The position numbers and the translations under genes are program-made. Shown in pieces: positions 57,059 through 64,000 of a stretch of DNA of 64,000 bases. Each line of letters opens with the position of its first letter. Position 1 is the first letter of the stretch. Source of the DNA: a virus; IMG/VR virus record IMGVR_UViG_3300020198_000006, positions 30,152-94,151 of that record; one strand, written 5' to 3'. Under the pieces are notes generated by a model. It searched no databases. It had not been told where the DNA came from and saw only the letters and a program-made list of their open reading frames with translations.

Positions 57059-58878
57059 TACAGAAGATTTTTAATACTGAGTATTGACTCAAATAACTTA
57101 TAATTACTTGCATATGATGCAAGATTCTCAACCTTAATCGGTCCTCTAAATGATTCTCCTGTTTTTTTATTATTAAAAATAATATCTATTGATTCTTTAT
57201 CACAATCAATTTTTAATGATGGTAATTTTAAAATAAATTCATCATTTTCTAAAAATGTACTTCCTTTAAAAATATTTTTAACCACATTGTTTAGAGTAAG
57301 TCTTAATTCTGTACATCTTTTTACCCCCTCAAAGTTCTCAAATCTTTTATCGAAATACTCCTCTATATCTTTTTTTAAATCATCATAATTTACACCAACA
57401 TCATTAAAATCCCAAATTCCTTCATAATCATAATCTATTTTATAGTGTTTAATATATTCTTCTAGTACATCTATTATTTTATATTCATTCCCGTCGATTT
57501 TTTTTATACCACTTTTAGCTAAAAACAATAAAAAATATGAAGTACTAACAACCACATTGGTATCGCCTCTATAGATGTTTCCAAAAGATATATATTTTTC
57601 TATTGCATCAACCTCTTCACCTGCTCTACTCTCAAATGCATCCGTGTTTTTTCTTACATAAGCTTCGCTGTATGTATCCCACATCGAACTATTGTTAGTA
57701 AAATCATCCAAATGGTCGCTTTTGAACTGCTCATAGGTTGTATACCCAAACAATGATTTTAATTGTGATGATTGGTCCTGATAATATGCTTCAAAAAAAT
57801 ATTTCAATGTATCATTAATATACTCTGTATCCTCATTACCCATTCTATCCCACAACACATCATAACCACTATTTGCTTCGGATTGATAATATGATAGTGT
57901 GTTTTGTGTTTGTTCTAACTGACCACTCAATGAATTTTCTAAAGTTATTTCAATATCATTTTTATTTAATTCATAATTTTCAATTTCTTCATCCGTCAAT
58001 AAACTATTTAATAAGTCTTCATCTTGCGAAATCAAAGCACTTATTAATGGATTATCTTTTGAAGATAAACTAAGAAGTTTACCAACTATTAATCTAACAT
58101 CATCATCGTCTAAGGCACTTAATCTACCAATTTGTAATTTAACATCATCTTCCGATACGTTATTGCTAATAAGAGATGGAAAGAAAAAGTTCTTTATATC
58201 TGTATTATTTTCTAAAAATTCGGAAACACCAATTAACTTATCATCTCTGTCCATGTATTGTTTTGATTCAAAATGAAATTGGTATTTTTCATTAACATCG
58301 GAATTTGATATAATAATATATAATGAACCTTGATTATGATATCGACTAAATAAATTACCCCTATCTTTATGTTTTGGATTTAATGATTCTGGTCCCCACG
58401 TTGTGCACCACTCGGTATTAACACCTAAATAACACGATGCCTTTTCTGTTAATGGAACAAATATTGACCATTTTTCATTTTGAAAAACTTTTTTATATTC
58501 TTTTTCATTTAACGAGGACAATATTGAACCGAGGTCTTTTGTGTCCTTTGCATAATAGCCCTTAACCAAATCATATAAATCAGTTAAAGATTTTACCTTG
58601 TTTGAATCTATTGATATGTTATGTTTGTATATATAGTCAAGGTATTCTTTTGCTCTTGGTAAATCCTCAAGTTTTAAACCTTTCTTCCTATATAAACCAA
58701 TTAATAGTTTTGCGTACTTGCCAATTCTTTTTAAACCTGATTCATTGGAAATAGAAACCGGGTCCGCCATAACGATTTGATTAAATTCATCTCTTGGAAT
58801 GTCCTTGTAGTATGAATTATATATCTCGTCAGGAGCGGCCTCCAATATTATAGATTCAATTAAATTTAATATTTTCAT
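57058..58878 (-). CDS. Large late protein, 'WCT' family
   Basis: 'ASCYLGVNTEWCTT..F..Y..QGSLYII...KYQFHFES.QYMD..D'. Confidence 0.55.
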   Translation of the reverse strand: MKILNLIESIILEAAPDEIYNSYYKDIPRDEFNQIVMADPVSISNESGLKRIGKYAKLLIGLYRKKGLKLEDLPRAKEYLDYIYKHNISIDSNKVKSLTDLYDLVKGYYAKDTKDLGSILSSLNEKEYKKVFQNEKWSIFVPLTEKASCYLGVNTEWCTTWGPESLNPKHKDRGNLFSRYHNQGSLYIIISNSDVNEKYQFHFESKQYMDRDDKLIGVSEFLENNTDIKNFFFPSLISNNVSEDDVKLQIGRLSALDDDDVRLIVGKLLSLSSKDNPLISALISQDEDLLNSLLTDEEIENYELNKNDIEITLENSLSGQLEQTQNTLSYYQSEANSGYDVLWDRMGNEDTEYINDTLKYFFEAYYQDQSSQLKSLFGYTTYEQFKSDHLDDFTNNSSMWDTYSEAYVRKNTDAFESRAGEEVDAIEKYISFGNIYRGDTNVVVSTSYFLLFLAKSGIKKIDGNEYKIIDVLEEYIKHYKIDYDYEGIWDFNDVGVNYDDLKKDIEEYFDKRFENFEGVKRCTELRLTLNNVVKNIFKGSTFLENDEFILKLPSLKIDCDKESIDIIFNNKKTGESFRGPIKVENLASYASNYKLFESILSIKNLL

Positions 58879-59417
58879 TTTTGTAATTGGGGTGGAACCA
58901 TCGGTTTTACATATGTATTATCTCTTTGTGCTTGATATTGATATTGATTTTGATATTGATATTGTTGAATCGTTGGTGTGGGCTCGGGTGTTTTAATTTG
59001 TGCCACAAATTGTTTATTTAGGTTATCTATTGAGGATTTCCATTTTGGATTTGTAGATAAATCAAATTCCCTATTCGTAGCTACATTTTTAGCGTACCAT
59101 TTTCCATCTTTGTAACCATATACATAAGCTTTGTCACCAGGATAATTGTATTTGTAGTCAACACCGAATTTACTTGTTGTGGTTGTACTTGTTGTAGTTG
59201 TTGTTGTACCTGTTGTTGACCCCATTTTAAGTTTACCTTGTTGAATTAATTGTTTTGCGGCATCATCCGTGATAGTCCCAAAACCCGCATCAAGTGCCGC
59301 TTGTTGTTGTGGTGTTATTCCTTGTGAACCCGTTGAGGGTGGAGAAGTCTGTTCAGCGATTACTAACATAGCTATTTTTACTAAGTCAGATTCTTTTAAT
59401 TTGATAATTTTTTTCAT
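58875..59417 (-). CDS. Late protein with 'IIKLKESDL' leader and Thr- and QY-rich tracts
   Basis: Leader, low-complexity segments. Confidence 0.55.
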   Translation of the reverse strand: MKKIIKLKESDLVKIAMLVIAEQTSPPSTGSQGITPQQQAALDAGFGTITDDAAKQLIQQGKLKMGSTTGTTTTTTSTTTTSKFGVDYKYNYPGDKAYVYGYKDGKWYAKNVATNREFDLSTNPKWKSSIDNLNKQFVAQIKTPEPTPTIQQYQYQNQYQYQAQRDNTYVKPMVPPQLQK

Positions 59418-59481
59418 TTAGTAATATATTAACATCTATAAATATATTGAGGTATTTCTTTTATTTGTGTGGTTTTTTGTC

Positions 59482-59618
59482 TTTTACCCAGTATTTATTG
59501 CTAGTACTAGATTCTAGAATACTAGAAGCAACCAGATATAATCCAGTATTTATTGCTAGTACTAGATTCTAGAATACTAGAAGCAACCAGATATAATTCT
59601 AGCATATACTGGGTAAAA
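59482..59618. repeat. 2 x 55-bp CTAG-rich tandem repeat bracketed by a 13-bp inverted repeat (candidate origin)
   Basis: Units 59488-59542 and 59543-59597; ttttacccagtat / atactgggtaaaa. Confidence 0.85.
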
Positions 59619-59666
59619 TAACAATCCAACCCTCTTTTTACTATATTTATTGGTATAGATTGTTAA

Positions 59667-59939
59667 ATGAAATACATAATTAAAGAATCGATTTTCAAAA
59701 AATTAACCGATAGGTTGATTAATGAGAATTATTTTGATAGTGATAAGTTATACCACAGAGAATCTTTGGTTAGAAAACTACTAATTAAGGATTCAAAAGG
59801 TTACTATGTGACCCCTAAACCAATTAGAGATATTATTGAAAAATTACCCTATATCGAATGTGAGGACCAAAATGGTAATAAATCAACTTGCACAAAAATA
59901 CCCGAGGTATTGTTCGTCTACCTAACAGGAAGATATTAG
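59667..59939 (+). CDS. Small late protein with 'YIIKES' leader
   Basis: Leader plus TATTTAT motif. Confidence 0.55.
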   Translation: MKYIIKESIFKKLTDRLINENYFDSDKLYHRESLVRKLLIKDSKGYYVTPKPIRDIIEKLPYIECEDQNGNKSTCTKIPEVLFVYLTGRY

Positions 59940-59940
59940 T

Positions 59941-60933
59941 ATGTCAAATAAAATTATAATAACAGAAAGTCAGTTCAAGTATATAGTCGAAAACCAGATT
60001 AAGTTTCTCACAAAGAATGAGCTAACGGAGTTTGAGATGAGTCATCATGCTGAATTCGAAAGGTTTTACGAAAGGTTTGTCGAGGTTGATTATTTCGATA
60101 TCAAACTTTTTAATAAACCTTTCAATATCGATGAAAAACCAATCGGAAAATGGCGTATACCCGAAAATGTTAAAACAGATGTTTTAAAAAAAATAGAATT
60201 TTTAAAAAAATGGCACGTACCCGATAAAAAAAGTATTGCTTATGGTATTATAGTCTACGATTTTAATATTAATCCAAATGATTGTGAATATGAAAATGAC
60301 AGAAATAAGCTCGATGCGATGAATAATTTTATTCAAAAATCACCTTTAATGATATCTGACCCAAAAACAAAATCAATTGGTAATGTTATGATGGCGATTA
60401 TTAATGAAAATACGGTTGTTTCCATAATGTATGAAAGAACACATTTAGGATTGAATGATATTATAAACAGAAAAAAGCAAAAATACACTAACTTTAAGAA
60501 TGTCCTTTCTTGGGATAACTATGTTAACTCGTCAATATCAGATAAGAAGGGAGAAAAAATAAGAAAGAATTTTGATTACCTTCAAGGAAGATGTTATGGT
60601 TATGACGATTTAAAAAATTTACAAGACGATATCGATGTTCAATTTACAGGAACGAATGATAATTTAATTAACAATACAGACAAATTTGATGGATATCCTG
60701 ATGAGTATAATTTTTGTTATCGAACATTAACCACGCCCGATATCAAAAAACAATATTCACCAAAAATAAAATTAATAGATATTATTGGAGATAAGAATAT
60801 TCAAAGTCTTATTGATAGACTAAAAAGTGGTGGTTTAGATAAACCACCAATCGGTTTTTCGGGTAAAGACGTGGCGTCAGCTTTTTATTTTATGAATACC
60901 CCGATGCCCTACTTTGAGGTAAAACATATATAA
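59941..60933 (+). CDS. Late protein with 'IIITESQ' leader
   Basis: 330 aa, leader. Confidence 0.55.
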   Translation: MSNKIIITESQFKYIVENQIKFLTKNELTEFEMSHHAEFERFYERFVEVDYFDIKLFNKPFNIDEKPIGKWRIPENVKTDVLKKIEFLKKWHVPDKKSIAYGIIVYDFNINPNDCEYENDRNKLDAMNNFIQKSPLMISDPKTKSIGNVMMAIINENTVVSIMYERTHLGLNDIINRKKQKYTNFKNVLSWDNYVNSSISDKKGEKIRKNFDYLQGRCYGYDDLKNLQDDIDVQFTGTNDNLINNTDKFDGYPDEYNFCYRTLTTPDIKKQYSPKIKLIDIIGDKNIQSLIDRLKSGGLDKPPIGFSGKDVASAFYFMNTPMPYFEVKHI

Positions 60934-61344
60934 CAAATCTATTTCTTAATAATTTCGGTCAGGTAGAAGATTACACCCTCATGTGTTATATACTGAGTAT
61001 TTCCCGTTAATTCAGTACTCTTGTAAAGTGTGAATATTTCTTTAGTAACCTCACGTCCCCGGACACCTGTTATTACAATTCTTTTCCCCTCAAATTTTAT
61101 TGTTCGCATATAAATTTTTTAAGACCTTGTTATTTTCTTGGACCAGCTTAAATTTCTTTTTTATTGACTTTTTGCTTTTTGGTTTTTGGCGGTCTTTTTG
61201 TGCTCTTGCCACTATCCGTGTTTTTCTTTAAATTATTAGATTCGTAAATACCATCATTGGTCCATTTATTCAGAATTATGTTTCCTAAAAACCACCCCAA
61301 AATCATTACACCAATAATTACTACCATTATCATATTTAATAAAT

Positions 61345-61728
61345 ATGGTTTCTTTATTGTTAATAGTAAAAAACAAAGAATTTCTATTATTTAAAAGAAG
61401 TATGGATGCAATACACCCAGGTTTATTCGGTTTGTGTGGCGGAACTGTAGAGAAGGGAGAAACCCCCGTAGAAGCTATTATAAGAGAGATTAAAGAAGAG
61501 ATTGGTATGGATATATTCAACTCCAACCTTATTAAACGATACAACAGAAACGGGAACATTATAAACCTATTCGCAGTTGTTAATAACGGTTTTGAAGAAC
61601 AGGATATTAGACTGAATAAAGAACACACCGAATGGAAGTATTTCACCTATTACGAGTTATTAAACTCAAAAGAGACAATACCCACAACAATTGAGTTTGT
61701 AAATGACTTTTTTAGGTCTTACAAATGA
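61345..61728 (+). CDS. NUDIX hydrolase
   Basis: Nudix box 'GGTVEKGETPVEAIIREIKEEIG'. Confidence 0.92.
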   Translation: MVSLLLIVKNKEFLLFKRSMDAIHPGLFGLCGGTVEKGETPVEAIIREIKEEIGMDIFNSNLIKRYNRNGNIINLFAVVNNGFEEQDIRLNKEHTEWKYFTYYELLNSKETIPTTIEFVNDFFRSYK

Positions 61729-61886
61729 TTTTCTTTAATTATCATGGTTAGTAGGTCTATTGCGTCTGAATCCCCAATCAGACAATCACATTTACGATAC
61801 CTCTGAGCCACAAACTCCACACCTTTCTCCTCTATTAATTTTTTTAATTCCTCAAGAGATGGAACCACGCATTTATTAAATCCCAT
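61719..61886 (-). CDS. Small hypothetical protein (MGFNKCVVPSLEEL..., 55 aa)
   Basis: ORF below the track cutoff, preceded by TATTTAT. Confidence 0.45.
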   Translation of the reverse strand: MGFNKCVVPSLEELKKLIEEKGVEFVAQRYRKCDCLIGDSDAIDLLTMIIKENHL

Positions 61887-61931
61887 ATAATATAAATAGT
61901 AGAATTAAAGATATTTATTATAAAACAGAAC

Positions 61932-62537
61932 ATGAAAATTATTATTACTGAATCTCAATTGAAGAAACTTGTTGTGAGAAAAGCAACAGAAAAAGACCTA
62001 TCCCAATTGGATGAATTGGATTACGAGAGTTTCCACTCAGATGAAAACCTTTCTCAATTAAGAGATGCAATTGACAGAAATAAAATGGTTAGTGTTGCTT
62101 TTGTGAAGAAAAATGGTTCAGTAAAACACATGTTAATTAGAAAAAACCTAAGTTCATATATTGGAAGTGCAAGAGAAAAGACCGATGCACAAATGAACGT
62201 CGAATCAAATCACAATCTAAAAAAAGTTGTAGATATTAATGCTTATAAAAGAGAACTAAGAAATCTAAGAAATATGGACCCTCAGACTGATGAGGTTATT
62301 CTAAAACAGAAAGCGGCAAAAGTGGCTTGGAGGTCTGTTAACCTAGAAAATGTCTTAGGATTCATGGCAGGGGGTCAATTTATCGATTTAAGAGACGAGA
62401 ACAATATTAGAGATAGGTTTGGAGAAGATGTCTACAATTCGATTACAAGGTCTATGGTGAACGCCATGGCTCAACAAGAAGTACCGGCACCTGAAGAGGT
62501 GACTACCGAACCAGATAATTTACAACAAGGAATCTAA
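61932..62537 (+). CDS. WYL-like/SH3-fold protein with 'MKIIITESQLKKL' leader
   Basis: 'VSVAFVKKNGSVKHM...AWRSVNLENV'. Confidence 0.6.
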   Translation: MKIIITESQLKKLVVRKATEKDLSQLDELDYESFHSDENLSQLRDAIDRNKMVSVAFVKKNGSVKHMLIRKNLSSYIGSAREKTDAQMNVESNHNLKKVVDINAYKRELRNLRNMDPQTDEVILKQKAAKVAWRSVNLENVLGFMAGGQFIDLRDENNIRDRFGEDVYNSITRSMVNAMAQQEVPAPEEVTTEPDNLQQGI

Positions 62538-62722
62538 GGTTTTACCTACTTTAGCGTAGATAGGTCTGTTTCCATGAGGTTCAACCTTACCGATTGGTGG
62601 CTCCACGGGTTCTAAATTTACTATAGTAATTTCTTAACCAACGAAAGAAACAAAGAAATCAATAGGTTAAACCTTTTATATAAGAGACAATCTTAGTGAG
62701 ACCCGGTTCCGGCGTAGGAGAA

Positions 62723-62992
62723 TTACTTTAATTTATCAACAGCATCCACAAACTTGTGGCATTTATCGGATATCTTGTTTTGTTCGTGGTCGAACATAGT
62801 TAGAACAACTTCATTGTACTTAACAATCATTTCAGGGTGATGATTTTGTTTTTCAGCAATTTTTGCCACCTTATTAACAAAATCCATTACCTCTTCGTAG
62901 GAACTAAACTTATACTTCTTTTTTAGTTTCCCATTAACCTCATTCCAAGAGGTTAGTTTTTTAAGTTGTGATTCCGTGATAATTATTTTCAT
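62723..62992 (-). CDS. Pterin-4-alpha-carbinolamine dehydratase with 'MKIIITESQLKKL' leader
   Basis: 'W....KLKKKYKF..Y...MDFVNKVA.IAEKQNHHP.....YNEV..T..DH....ISDK'. Confidence 0.88.
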   Translation of the reverse strand: MKIIITESQLKKLTSWNEVNGKLKKKYKFSSYEEVMDFVNKVAKIAEKQNHHPEMIVKYNEVVLTMFDHEQNKISDKCHKFVDAVDKLK

Positions 62993-63786
62993 TATTCGCC
63001 CCAATCTTTTTTATCTCCAGAACTTTCATTATCGTCATAACCAGCATTATATGCTTCAAGTTCTTCAGGGGTTAAATCGGTAACTTCTTGACCATTATAA
63101 GTACCTTCGGGATAGTAGTGAGGATTTCTTCCTCTTCCATAGTAACTATCCGCAGTACCTCTATCATATGGACTGCCGTGCCAATCGGGATATTTTTTCT
63201 CTTGGCCATATCTACCTGTTTCAGATTCTTCACCATCTTCTTCATTTACAACACCACTAATACCAAATCTATTAAAAAGTTTATGTTTCTTTTTACAACC
63301 AGAACCCCGACTCCTGTCTCTATCACGACCACCAAATATTAATTTGGCAAGTTTTAATACGAGTAATAATGCAACGAATCCAAGTGCAATTGTAAACGCC
63401 GCAGGTGGGACTGAAACTCCCGCCACAATAACCGGTGCCGCTTGTTCATTCATATCTTGAGGTGCGGCAATTGATGATGTGTTTGGTTGTGGTTTTTCTT
63501 GCTTGTTTTGCAGAAGAACCATAACTTGTTTAAGAAGTCCTTTTAGTTCTTCCTTATCATTGATATTACTAATTGCGGTTTCAAGTTGTCCCATAACATC
63601 GGAGTGTTCTGCGGGTTTCTCAATTGGGCAGTCAGGATTTATTTCACTTTTTTCTTCGGGAGTAAGTACAATACCGGCCGATGCCAAAGCACTATCAAAT
63701 TCTTGTTCCGCCGAATCAACGTTTTCGTTTACACCCATCATACTTCTTATTCGGGATACTTGTTCTTGTAAATTAAGTTTTTTCAT
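62992..63786 (-). CDS. Late protein with one TM helix and 'LQEQVSRIRSMMG' leader
   Basis: Leader, internal MNE/VNE motifs, 'HGSPYDRGTADSYYGR' module. Confidence 0.55.
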   Translation of the reverse strand: MKKLNLQEQVSRIRSMMGVNENVDSAEQEFDSALASAGIVLTPEEKSEINPDCPIEKPAEHSDVMGQLETAISNINDKEELKGLLKQVMVLLQNKQEKPQPNTSSIAAPQDMNEQAAPVIVAGVSVPPAAFTIALGFVALLLVLKLAKLIFGGRDRDRSRGSGCKKKHKLFNRFGISGVVNEEDGEESETGRYGQEKKYPDWHGSPYDRGTADSYYGRGRNPHYYPEGTYNGQEVTDLTPEELEAYNAGYDDNESSGDKKDWGE

Positions 63787-64000
63787 TAAATTATCTTTAA
63801 TATATAAATATTAAATTTTTGGTGTTAGATTTTTTTGTTATGGTAAAGTTATTGTTCGGATATTACCGTTTATATTTAGTGTTGCTAAATTATCACATCT
63901 TCCATCTCCAAAGTCAAGGATAGCAACCCAAGGACTTGTATTTGATAAGTTTCTCCTAACTGTTCTAATTTTTCCTTTAACAATCCATCTGCATGTATTC

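Noticed and set aside
59488-59597. Possible CRISPR array
   Set aside because: Two contiguous identical 55-bp units with no spacers and no cas genes in the window.
1-64000. Stop-codon reassignment as in some large phages
   Set aside because: Core genes are full length in code 11, and TAG and TGA both end genes normally.

Overview
64 kb of a large, AT-rich lytic tailed phage genome (T4-like head module, jumbo-phage style), standard genetic code. The host is very probably a Bacteroidota species: TAnnTTTG promoters, no Shine-Dalgarno sequences, a Bacteroidota-type bS21 with Tyr54, a tmRNA tag starting with Gly and a T9SS C-terminal domain remnant all agree. The window holds: the head/packaging block (major capsid, scaffold, prohead protease, portal, large terminase) with an inverted ribosomal protein bS21 gene inside it; a nucleotidyltransferase-KTSC-Hsp20-ClpC block; an eroded CsgG-like/T9SS-cargo locus; an RNA island (one intact tRNA-Asn, several decayed tRNAs, a ~800-nt GOLLD-like RNA, a tmRNA and two small late-promoter RNAs); a cluster of membrane-type candidate ejection proteins; a four-gene glycosyltransferase cluster; nucleotide-metabolism genes; a GH19 endolysin; and many proteins sharing an 'MKIIITESQ'-type N-terminal leader. 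Most interesting hypothesis: a phage translation-control set (bS21, a small RNA complementary to the 16S rRNA 3' tail, a second small RNA complementary to the first, tmRNA and N-domain-less ClpC). All family calls come from recalled motifs, not database searches.
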